From positions 1,979 to 65,978 of the forward strand of contig JBKPLP010000038.1 of assembly GCA_046731735.1 (NCBI GenBank): a stretch of DNA of 64,000 nucleotides. The letters run 5' to 3'. This stretch comes from Acidobacteriota bacterium (GTDB lineage: Bacteria > Acidobacteriota > Vicinamibacteria > Vicinamibacterales > 2-12-FULL-66-21). The translations under genes and the position numbers were made by a program. Of the stretch, positions 51,657 to 60,148 are shown piece by piece (the first letter of the stretch is position 1; every line of letters begins with the position of its first letter). Under the pieces are notes generated by a model, which saw only the letters and a list, made by a program, of their open reading frames with translations, made no database searches and was not told where the DNA came from.

Positions 51657-52837
51657 CGATCCTGTGCATCGCCACCTATCGCAAGGGTGACGAGTTCCTG
51701 ATCGAATGCCACCGGCAGGGCTGCCGGGTGCTGCTCGTCACCGATCACAAGCTCAAAGAGTCGGACTGGCCGCGCGATGCGGTGGACGAGTTCTTCTACG
51801 TGCGCCGCGACATGCCGGAGGAGGACATCCGGAAGGGCGCGGCGTTTCTCGCCCGACGCGAACGCCTGGATCGGATCGTCGCGCTCGATGACTTCGACGT
51901 CGAAAGCGCCGCGATGCTGCGCGAGTACCTGCACGTCCCCGGTATGGGTGAAACCACTGCCCGCGCGTTCCGCGACAAGCTCGCGATGCGCTCGCGCGCC
52001 AGGGCCGCCGGGATTCGCTGTCCGGATTTCGTCCACGTGCTGAACGATGCGGCGATCAACGCGTGGGCAGCGAGCGTGCCTCCCCCCTGGGTCTTGAAGC
52101 CACGATCCCAGGCCGCCGCGATCGGCATCAGGAAGATCCGGACCCGCGACGAACTGTGGGACACCATTCAGACGCTCGGGGATGCGCGACCCGAGTACGT
52201 CCTCGAGCAGTTCGTGGCCGGTGATGTGTTTCACGTGGACTCGCTGATGTTCAATCGGCGGATCGTATTCGCGGCCGCGAGCCGGTACGGCATGCCGCCG
52301 ATGGCGGTCGCGCACGAGGGAGGCATCTTCGTGACGCGCACGCTGGCCGCCGACGATCCCGACGCCGTCGCGCTCCAGCAGGTGAATGCGACCGTGCTCG
52401 ACGAGTTCGGGCTGCGCCGCGGTTGCTCGCATACCGAGTTCATCCGCGCCGCGAATGGCGAGATCTACTTCCTCGAAACCTCCGCCCGCGTCGGTGGGGC
52501 ATTCATTGTCGACGTCGTCGAGGCGGCGACTGGAGTGAACCTGTGGCGCGAGTGGGCGAGGATCGAGATTGCCGGTGAACAGGGCGACTACACGCCACCG
52601 CTGCCCCGCGAGCGGTCGGCCGGAATCATCCTGTCGCTTGCGCGACAAGAGCAGCCGGACACGAGCGGCTACACCGATCCCGAGATCGTGAAACGGATCA
52701 GAAAGTCACATCACGCCGGCTTGATCGTCGCGTCGCCAGACGCGCGGCGGACGCAGCAGCTGCTCGACTCCTACGTACCGCGCTTCTACGAGGACTTCCA
52801 TGCCAGCGCGCCACCGCCAGAGCGAGCGACCGATTAG
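51638..52837 (+). CDS. ATP-grasp domain protein
   Basis: FRDKLAMR, WVLKPR, LEQFVAG, HTEFI, FLETSARVGG. Confidence 0.9.
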   Translation: MAGGPVTILCIATYRKGDEFLIECHRQGCRVLLVTDHKLKESDWPRDAVDEFFYVRRDMPEEDIRKGAAFLARRERLDRIVALDDFDVESAAMLREYLHVPGMGETTARAFRDKLAMRSRARAAGIRCPDFVHVLNDAAINAWAASVPPPWVLKPRSQAAAIGIRKIRTRDELWDTIQTLGDARPEYVLEQFVAGDVFHVDSLMFNRRIVFAAASRYGMPPMAVAHEGGIFVTRTLAADDPDAVALQQVNATVLDEFGLRRGCSHTEFIRAANGEIYFLETSARVGGAFIVDVVEAATGVNLWREWARIEIAGEQGDYTPPLPRERSAGIILSLARQEQPDTSGYTDPEIVKRIRKSHHAGLIVASPDARRTQQLLDSYVPRFYEDFHASAPPPERATD

Positions 52838-53469
52838 ATCGACAGTAAGCCTTGAACGACCCGCAGCTCGTCGCCGTTGATCGTATGTCCCATCCGCGGA
52901 TAGATCCGTTCGTCGACGGCGGCTCCCAGGCGCCGGAATACCTCCGCCGACTCGTGCACCCTCTCCAGGGGGATATGCGGATCGATGTCGCTGCACCCGA
53001 GGAACACCGGGGTGCCATCCATCGTCCCGGTGTAGTCCCTCGCAGTCCCAGGCGGGCCGATGAGGCCACCGCTGAGCCCGATCACCGCGCGATACCGGCG
53101 CGCGTGACGTGCGGCGAATTCGAGCGATAGACACGCGCCCTGCGAAAACCCCAGGAGGCCGACGCGCTCGTAAGGCACACCGCTCGCGGCGATGTCGTCG
53201 AGGAGCGTGGCAATGAGGTGCAGGGCCGACGAGAGGAACGGTTCGTTGCGGGCAATGGGCGAGAGAAACGAGTAGGGATACCAGCTCGCGCCGGCCGCTT
53301 GCGGGGCAAAGAACGCGACGTCTCCAGCCGCGACTTCGCCGGCAAGGCCAAGTATGTCCTCCGCGGAGGCGCCACGTCCGTGGATTGCGATCACGGCGAG
53401 CCTCGCCTGCCCGAGGGGCGGACCGACTCGAAGGACCGGCTGCCCGGCGTGCGGGTCCGCATCCGTCAT
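52834..53469 (-). CDS. Phospholipase/carboxylesterase (alpha/beta hydrolase)
   Basis: HGRGA, GFSQG, DPHIP, MGH. Confidence 0.92.
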   Translation of the reverse strand: MTDADPHAGQPVLRVGPPLGQARLAVIAIHGRGASAEDILGLAGEVAAGDVAFFAPQAAGASWYPYSFLSPIARNEPFLSSALHLIATLLDDIAASGVPYERVGLLGFSQGACLSLEFAARHARRYRAVIGLSGGLIGPPGTARDYTGTMDGTPVFLGCSDIDPHIPLERVHESAEVFRRLGAAVDERIYPRMGHTINGDELRVVQGLLSI

Positions 53470-53719
53470 CGATGAACTCTACGGCCTGTGCGCGGTCTCT
53501 TTGTCGCGCAGACCCCTGAAAGGAGCAACGTCGCGGCGTCGGCCTCACCAAGCTCGTCAGCCGCCGCGCCGACCCTCAGCCCCGCCGTATGTGTCTCCAT
53601 TTCGGTCAGGTGCTGTCCTATTCGGCGGCGCGAGGCCGATCCGCTCGCGTGGTCCACGGGCCTGCGCATTGTCGCACCCGCCGTATTTCACGAGGCATGC
53701 CGGCCGACGCAACCCGTTC

Positions 53720-53734
53720 CGGCACCGGATGTGC
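53720..53734 (+). promoter_or_regulatory. Weak candidate sigma54 promoter
   Basis: CGGCAC-CGGAT-GTGC upstream of 53804. Confidence 0.35.
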
Positions 53735-53803
53735 GTACAAACGTGCCATCGACGGTGAGGGTGGCACACGCGGGTGCCCGTACATCGCGACATCACGGTG
53801 ACA

Positions 53804-53992
53804 ATGGAGAACAAGTTCGGCCAGGCACCGCAATTGACCCACGAGGAGCAGATTGCCCGCCTGCAGCAACTCTGCTCGGATCTTCAGAAGGCGCTAGACG
53901 TGTCCGAGGAACAGCGTCTGATCCTGCGCGACATGTCGCGGACCGCGGCCGAACTCGCGGAATCCCTCGAAGCTTCGAAGCCGCAGGACTGA
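53804..53992 (+). CDS. Small coiled-coil hypothetical protein
   Basis: 62 aa, heptad-like, typical codon usage. Confidence 0.6.
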   Translation: MENKFGQAPQLTHEEQIARLQQLCSDLQKALDVSEEQRLILRDMSRTAAELAESLEASKPQD

Positions 53993-54055
53993 TGAGCTTC
54001 GAGATTGGTTACCTCAGCCGCGCGAGTATCCTGGAAATGCTAGGGTGATGGAGAG

Positions 54056-54652
54056 ATGAACGATTCCACATTTCGGCAAGCTCACTCGGCGCTCCATCAC
54101 GCGGTGCAGTTCTACGGCAGCGATGAGAGCCTCTGCGCGACGGTCGCCGGTTTTCTGGCGGAAGGGCTCATCGCGCAGCAGCCCGCGGTTGTCATCGCCA
54201 CGGACGCACACAGCGGGCTGATTCTCCATCAACTGTCCGAACGACTGATTGACTGCCAGAAGGCGGTGAAGGAAGGAGACCTCGTCGTCCTGGATGCCGA
54301 TGCGATCCTCGACCTCTTCATGGTCGACGGCAGGCCGAACGAGCAACTGTTCGAGGTAAACCTGAGCCGCGTCATCGATCAGCTGCTCAACGGCCGCGGT
54401 GGACCCGCCCGCGCGTACGGTGAGATGGTCGACCTGCTGTGGAAGAACGGTCAGGCCGACGCGGCCATCGCGCTCGAGATCCTCTGGAACAAGCTGGCGC
54501 TGAAATACAACTTCGCGCTCCTGTGCGGATACTCGATCGGCAGCTTCTACAAGCAGACGAAGCAGTTCGAGGACGTCTGCGCGCAGCATTCGTACGTCGT
54601 GCCGGAAAACACCAACGTCGTGCCGTTTCAGCGCCGGGTCAAGTCTGCCTAG
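54056..54652 (+). CDS. Stand-alone MEDS-domain protein
   Basis: HAVQFY, FLAEGL, RAYGEMVDLLW, LEILWNKL, LLCGY, CAQHS. Confidence 0.88.
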   Translation: MNDSTFRQAHSALHHAVQFYGSDESLCATVAGFLAEGLIAQQPAVVIATDAHSGLILHQLSERLIDCQKAVKEGDLVVLDADAILDLFMVDGRPNEQLFEVNLSRVIDQLLNGRGGPARAYGEMVDLLWKNGQADAAIALEILWNKLALKYNFALLCGYSIGSFYKQTKQFEDVCAQHSYVVPENTNVVPFQRRVKSA

Positions 54653-54655
54653 CCT

Positions 54656-55912
54656 TCAGCGCGGCGGTGGCTGAAACACCTTCTGGGCGAATTCCGCAAA
54701 GTTCTTCCGCCAGAGTGGCCAGACGTGTCCTACCTCCGGCGCTTCTTCCTCGGTGAACTGCACGTTCTTCTGCTTCAGCCAGTCCTTGAACTGCCGGTTG
54801 ACCGCAAGCAGCGAGTCAGCGGTCCCGACGGTAATCCACAACATTCGAATCTGCGAATTCGACTTCGAGCTGACCGAGGGGAACGTCTTGTCGAAGACGG
54901 CCGCATCGACCGGCGGGATGGCGCCGCGTCCGCGGCTACCCGCGGCGTCGGCGGGATTCATGGCCCCTGGCCACATCACGAACGCGCCGCTGAACGAGGC
55001 AATCCACGCGAACTTGTCGAGATTGTTGAGCGCGGTGAACAGCGTTTCGGCGCCGCCCATTGAAAGGCCGGCAATCGCCCGCTCTTCCCGGCTGCGGCTG
55101 ACGTTGTACCCGCGATCGACCGCCGGCATCACCTCCGTGAGAAGAATCTTCGTATAGCCGGTGATGTTCTCGGCCGTCATGGCTCCCGTCGGCCCGTTGT
55201 TCACGCCGTAGCCGAGCGGCGTCACCACCACTGCCGGCACGGCCTTTCCCTGCGCGATCAGGTTGTCCATGATCAGGTTCGCGCCGCCGAAATTCATCCA
55301 ACGCTCCGCGTCGTCTCCCAATCCGTGCAGCAGGAAAATCACCGGATACGGGCGCGATCGGCGCGGCTCGTAGCCGGGCGGCGTGTACACGAAGAAGTCG
55401 CGATCGTCGTTCGCGACCGCCGAATGAAACGTGTGACGCGCGATGGCGCCGTGCGCTACGCCGGCCACCGGCAGCCACGGCTGGGTTCCCGCGACGACGA
55501 ACATGGACTGCGCGCTCCCGAATGACGTCTGCAGCTGGCGGTTCGCCGGGTCGTTCACCGTCGTCCCGTCGACCACGAACGAGTACGCGTAGTAGTCCGG
55601 GGTCAACGCGTCGCTCGTCGCGCTCCAGATCCCCTGATCGTCCTTCCGCATCGGCAGGCGGATGCTGCCGATCGCGACGGCGACTTCCTTCGCATTAGGC
55701 GCCCGCAGCCGGAACGTCACACGCCCATCGGGTGCGATCTCCGGGGACTTCACCGGCGTGCCGCGGCCGCCGCCGCGTGGTCCCGCCGAAGGCGGCGCCG
55801 TCGTCGCCGCGGGCGGCGAAGGCGGAGCCGTACTCGGCTGCTGCGCGTCGAGGAAGGGAGCGCTCGCGACGACGAGGACGAGAATCGAGAACCGCGGTAA
55901 CCGGCGAATCAT
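54656..55912 (-). CDS. Secreted esterase (CBM48-like + CE1/Fes-type)
   Basis: VTFRLRAPNA, YTPPGY, LLHGLG, AGLSMGG, GHVW. Confidence 0.9.
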   Translation of the reverse strand: MIRRLPRFSILVLVVASAPFLDAQQPSTAPPSPPAATTAPPSAGPRGGGRGTPVKSPEIAPDGRVTFRLRAPNAKEVAVAIGSIRLPMRKDDQGIWSATSDALTPDYYAYSFVVDGTTVNDPANRQLQTSFGSAQSMFVVAGTQPWLPVAGVAHGAIARHTFHSAVANDDRDFFVYTPPGYEPRRSRPYPVIFLLHGLGDDAERWMNFGGANLIMDNLIAQGKAVPAVVVTPLGYGVNNGPTGAMTAENITGYTKILLTEVMPAVDRGYNVSRSREERAIAGLSMGGAETLFTALNNLDKFAWIASFSGAFVMWPGAMNPADAAGSRGRGAIPPVDAAVFDKTFPSVSSKSNSQIRMLWITVGTADSLLAVNRQFKDWLKQKNVQFTEEEAPEVGHVWPLWRKNFAEFAQKVFQPPPR

Positions 55913-55955
55913 GCACAGCTCCTTGAACGCTGAACGCTATAATCGTTCGCGCCTC

Positions 55956-56981
55956 TCAGTGTTTGAACTCCAGAAGTTTGCGAAAGCGGGTGGACGCCAG
56001 CGCGGCCGTCGAACCATGCGTTCGCTCCACGATCAGGCCGCCGGCATCTCGATGCGACTCGATTAAGGCGAGACCGCGCTGGACACCAAGCACGCTCGCC
56101 GCCGTATCCAGTCCGTCGGCCTCGAGGCCATCCGGTGCGACGACGGTGACGGTAATGTCGCTGACCAGACCCATGTGCGACGCCGGATCGACGACGTGAG
56201 AGTACCGCCGGCCGTTGACGTCGAGGTGCTGTTCACTGCTTCCGGACGTCGAGACCGACCGGTTCGTCAATTCCACCGTCGCCGGCACGCCGATGGCGTT
56301 CTCGTCTTCCGAGTGGATCTGGATCCGCCAGCCCGATTGTCCGGGCGGCGCGTTGCTGAACGCGAGGTCGCCGCTCACCGCCACGAGCGCGCTTCGAATG
56401 CCGCGCTTCGCAATCGCCGCGAGCGCTTCGCTCGCCGCGTAGCCCTTGCCGATAGCGCCGACGTCGAGCGCCATTCCAGCGACATCCACCATGACGGTGC
56501 GCGCGCGGGCGTCGAGGTGGAGCTTTTTGAACCCGCTGCGCGCGCCAGCGCCGGCCAGCGCCTCGTCGTCCGGCCCACGACCCGTCTTCCTGGCCTCTCG
56601 CCACAATCGGACGACCGGGCCTTCTGTGACATCGAAGGCGCCACCGGTTTCTTCCGCCAATCGTTGCGAGACCTGGAGCACGCGGAAGAGATCGTCGCTG
56701 ACGCGTAGAGGCCGGCCGACCGCACGGCCGGTGATCTGACTGAGCTCGCTGTCGGGTTTGTAGTCGGACAGGGTGTCGTCGAGCTCACGGATTCGATTGA
56801 ATCCGCTGCGAAATGCCTCGCGCGCCTCATCCACGGTCGCGCAGTAGACCGTGATTCGCACGAGCGTGCCCATGTGAGGTTCGACCGCCTCGAACCGCTG
56901 CAGTTTGGAATGCGATGCCGCTGACGCCTGGATCGCGAGCACGAGCGTCACGATCGCCGCGAGCCGTAAGCCGTGCACCAT
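55956..56981 (-). CDS. apbE: FAD:protein FMN transferase
   Basis: HMGT, GAFDVT, LDVGAIGKGYA, STSG, YSHVVDP, ADGLDTA. Confidence 0.93.
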   Translation of the reverse strand: MVHGLRLAAIVTLVLAIQASAASHSKLQRFEAVEPHMGTLVRITVYCATVDEAREAFRSGFNRIRELDDTLSDYKPDSELSQITGRAVGRPLRVSDDLFRVLQVSQRLAEETGGAFDVTEGPVVRLWREARKTGRGPDDEALAGAGARSGFKKLHLDARARTVMVDVAGMALDVGAIGKGYAASEALAAIAKRGIRSALVAVSGDLAFSNAPPGQSGWRIQIHSEDENAIGVPATVELTNRSVSTSGSSEQHLDVNGRRYSHVVDPASHMGLVSDITVTVVAPDGLEADGLDTAASVLGVQRGLALIESHRDAGGLIVERTHGSTAALASTRFRKLLEFKH

Positions 56982-56984
56982 AGG

Positions 56985-57054
56985 GCTTGAGCCTTGAGTC
57001 TTGAGCCTTGAGTCGTGAGCCTGGAGCCTGGAGCCTGAAGCCTTGAGCCTTGAG
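56985..57054. repeat. Heptamer tandem repeat CCTTGAG-like, about 10 units
   Basis: gcttgagccttgagtcttgagccttgagtcgtgagcctggagcctggagcctgaagccttgagccttgag. Confidence 0.85.
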
Positions 57055-57060
57055 GCGCGC

Positions 57061-58164
57061 TCAGTACGGATCCACCGCCACACCGCTGTTCCACGCGCGG
57101 TACATCTCCTCGACGCTCGGCAGCTTCGCCGGATGCACGAGGCGGAAGCCAAGCCACTGTGCGTTGGTCATGTACCAGATACTTTTCGGGAGCTGCGGAT
57201 CGAGCCTTTTCCAGGACAGATCCGACGCGACTCGCGCCGAGCAGGTTACGCGCGCCTCGTCGTCATTCCAGGAGCCGCCACGCACGGCGTGGGGGTACGG
57301 TTGCGTCGCGCGCACCCACGGATTGACTGCTGGTGCCGCGCTGTACGGCGCGTACTGATCCAGCGTCCACTCCATGACGTTGCCCAGCATGTCGTAGAGG
57401 CCCCACGCGTTCGGTTTCTTCGTGCCGACTTTGTGATATGTGCCGCTCGTGAAGGGGGGGGCTGGCGAATTCTTCGCGTACCACGCGTACTCGTCGAGTT
57501 GCGCAGGTGCGATCAAGGTTTTGCTTCCGCCGCGGCAGGCATATTCCCATTCCGCCTCCGTCGGCAGCCGATAGTATTCGCCGGTCTTCGCGCTGAGCCA
57601 CTGCGCGAACTTGTTGGCCGCGTGCTGGGTCATGCTGATCGCGGGGAACCCGTTGTTCCCGCGGCCGAAGCTCATTTCCAGGAAGGGGGCGGTCGGCCGG
57701 CTCAATGCATCCACCATCGCGTCGGCGTGTTCGGTTTCCTTTGCCTGATCCGCGAACATGAACATCAGGTACAGGTCCCACGTGACCTCATGCGCCTGCA
57801 TCCAGAACGCATCGAGCTTGACGTTGTGCGCGGGCTTTTCATCGGGCTTCGCGTCGGCCGCCGAGGAACCCATGGAGAACTCGCCGGCGGGCACCGGCGC
57901 CATGGTGTAGGTCACGACTGTATTCGGGACGGTGATGGTGTACGAGCCGGATCGCGGAGTTTTCTTGGACTGCTCTTCGATTCGTGCACGGATCTTCTCG
58001 ACCACCCCCATCTCTTTGGGATCCAATGCAGCCGGTTGCGCTGCAACGGCTTGGGGATGCGTGGGGCCGGCGTCCCCTGGCCCGAGCCGCATCGACGGCA
58101 GGCCGGCCCTCTCCGTCGCCGCAATCGCTGCGACGACGGAGATCAAAGCGAACAGACCTTTCAT
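57061..58164 (-). CDS. SUMF1/FGE-sulfatase-domain protein, probably exported
   Basis: FSMGS, RLPTEAEWEYACRGG, PNAWGLYDMLGNVMEW, RGGSW, GFRLV. Confidence 0.92.
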   Translation of the reverse strand: MKGLFALISVVAAIAATERAGLPSMRLGPGDAGPTHPQAVAAQPAALDPKEMGVVEKIRARIEEQSKKTPRSGSYTITVPNTVVTYTMAPVPAGEFSMGSSAADAKPDEKPAHNVKLDAFWMQAHEVTWDLYLMFMFADQAKETEHADAMVDALSRPTAPFLEMSFGRGNNGFPAISMTQHAANKFAQWLSAKTGEYYRLPTEAEWEYACRGGSKTLIAPAQLDEYAWYAKNSPAPPFTSGTYHKVGTKKPNAWGLYDMLGNVMEWTLDQYAPYSAAPAVNPWVRATQPYPHAVRGGSWNDDEARVTCSARVASDLSWKRLDPQLPKSIWYMTNAQWLGFRLVHPAKLPSVEEMYRAWNSGVAVDPY

Positions 58165-58187
58165 AGCTGGTAGCTGGTGGCTGACAG

Positions 58188-59489
58188 CTAGAACGCCTGA
58201 GTCTTCCCCGGGATTGCCAGGCCCGGCACTTCGTGCTTGCCGTTCCAGACGACGGGGTCGGGAACGAGTCGGACCTGGGAGTTGAGCGCCTGCTCCCACG
58301 TGATCTGCTGTCCGGAGTACGCCGCGTGCCGCCCCATGATCGCGAGCAGCGTGCTGGTCGCCAGATTCAGGTCGTCGTTCTTCGGCTTGCCGGCTCGAAT
58401 CGCGGCGAAGAGCACGTCATGTTCGCGCTGATACATGTCGTATTCCTCGCCCTGCCACTGCCATTTGATATTGCCGTCCGGTGTCTCGATGCGCGGAGGA
58501 CCACCGCCGAGCATCAGCGTTCCCTCGGTCCCCATCACGTAATCGAAGGTGCCGTTGTAGCAGCCGGTGGCCTGCCGGTTCGCCAGGAACACGCGATAGC
58601 CGTTCGGGAACAGATAGTTCACCTCGAAGTGATCGTAGATGTTGCCGCCGTTGGCCGGGACCGCCCGCCCTCCGACCGCGACCGCGCTCATCGGCGGCTT
58701 GTCGTCCATGATCCACATGATTTTGTCGGCGTTGTGCACCGCCTGTTCGACGAGGCTGTCACCGCACGTCCACGTGAAGTTGTACCAGTTGCGGATCTGC
58801 CACTCGATGTCGCTCATGCCTGCTGGACGCGCGCTCTCGAGCGGAATCGGCTTCACCGGATTGGTGTAATAGGTGGAATAGTGCGAGACCAGCCGGCCGA
58901 GGGCGCCGCGTTTCACCTGGCTGACCGCCTCGGTGATCATGTTGTTGTAGCGCCAGCAGAACCCCGCAACGAGCGAGAGGTTCTTCTGCTGCGCCAGCTT
59001 CTGCGCCTCGATCACCTGCCGCACGCCGGGGGAATCGGTCGCGCAGGGCTTCTCGCAGAAGACGTGCTTGTTCGCGTTGATCGCCGCCGTGAGGTGCTGC
59101 GGCCGGAAGCCGGGCGGCGTCGCGAGAATCACGACGTCGACGCTGCTGATCACCTTGTCGTAGGCATCGAGCCCTGCGAACGCCCCCTCGATCTGCACGC
59201 GGGTGCCGTACTTCTGGCTGTTCTTCAGCCGCGTCACCGCCGATTCGGCGATCTGCTCGTCGATGTCGGCGACGGCCGTCAGCACGTTGTTGGGATCCGC
59301 GGTGAGCGCCTGGCCGGCGGCGCCGCCGCCGCGTCCGCCGCAACCGACGAGCCCGAGCTTCAATGAGTTCGTGACCGACTGCGCCGAGATGATCGCCGGA
59401 AACCCGGCCGCGAGTACGCCGGCGGCGGTGCCCGTTTTTTTCAGGAAGTCGCGGCGTTCGATTTTGATGGGTTCTTTTTTGGTCGCCAT
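58188..59489 (-). CDS. Tat-exported Gfo/Idh/MocA-family oxidoreductase
   Basis: ERRDFLK, GLVGCGGRG, ATPPGFRP, HVFCEKP, EQAVHNAD. Confidence 0.93.
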   Translation of the reverse strand: MATKKEPIKIERRDFLKKTGTAAGVLAAGFPAIISAQSVTNSLKLGLVGCGGRGGGAAGQALTADPNNVLTAVADIDEQIAESAVTRLKNSQKYGTRVQIEGAFAGLDAYDKVISSVDVVILATPPGFRPQHLTAAINANKHVFCEKPCATDSPGVRQVIEAQKLAQQKNLSLVAGFCWRYNNMITEAVSQVKRGALGRLVSHYSTYYTNPVKPIPLESARPAGMSDIEWQIRNWYNFTWTCGDSLVEQAVHNADKIMWIMDDKPPMSAVAVGGRAVPANGGNIYDHFEVNYLFPNGYRVFLANRQATGCYNGTFDYVMGTEGTLMLGGGPPRIETPDGNIKWQWQGEEYDMYQREHDVLFAAIRAGKPKNDDLNLATSTLLAIMGRHAAYSGQQITWEQALNSQVRLVPDPVVWNGKHEVPGLAIPGKTQAF

Positions 59490-59505
59490 AGGCGCATCAT
59501 AGCCC

Positions 59506-60147
59506 ATGACCGCAGCCGCCCGATTGACACTTTTCGCGCTCGTTTCGCTCGTCGCCGCCGCTATTGATGGGCCTGCCGCGCGCGCGCAGACGACCGAGAG
59601 CTGGCAGCCGCTCTTCGACGGAAAAACGCTCACCAACTGGGAGCCGACCAAGTTCGGCGGCGAAGGCGCGGTGAAGGTCGAGAACGGCCAGATTACGCTG
59701 GACACCGGCCGTTCGTTGACCGGGATCACATGGGCCGGCCGCGAGCTGCCGAAAACCAACTACGAAATCGCGATGCAGGCCATGCGTGTGGATGGCCGTG
59801 ACTTCTTCGCCGGTATCACCTTCCCGGTCGCCGATTCCTTCTGTTCGCTCATTCTCGGCGGCTGGGGCGGCTCCGTCGTCGGGCTCTCGAGCATCAATTT
59901 CATGGATGCGTCGGAGAACGAGACGTCGCAGTCGATCGAATTCGAGAATGGCCGCTGGTACAACGTCCGGATTCGTGTCACACCCCAAAAAATCCAGGCA
60001 TGGCTCGACGATCGTCAGATCATCGACCAGGATCTGAAGGACAACAGGATCAGCGTACGGATGGAGGTCGAGCCATCGAAGCCGCTTGGTGTGGCGACGT
60101 GGAAGACGAAAGGGGCGCTGCGCGACATCCGGCTCCGCCGTCTCTGA
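59506..60147 (+). CDS. DUF1080 (3-keto-disaccharide hydrolase-like) protein
   Basis: Signal peptide, WQPLFDGKTLTNW, WYNVRIRV, LRDIRLRRL. Confidence 0.88.
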   Translation: MTAAARLTLFALVSLVAAAIDGPAARAQTTESWQPLFDGKTLTNWEPTKFGGEGAVKVENGQITLDTGRSLTGITWAGRELPKTNYEIAMQAMRVDGRDFFAGITFPVADSFCSLILGGWGGSVVGLSSINFMDASENETSQSIEFENGRWYNVRIRVTPQKIQAWLDDRQIIDQDLKDNRISVRMEVEPSKPLGVATWKTKGALRDIRLRRL

Positions 60148-60148
60148 C

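Noticed and set aside
53762..53778. TGGCAC...GTGC as a sigma54 promoter
   Set aside because: GG-GC spacing is 11 rather than the strict 10; more likely a hairpin (GGCAC...GTGCC).
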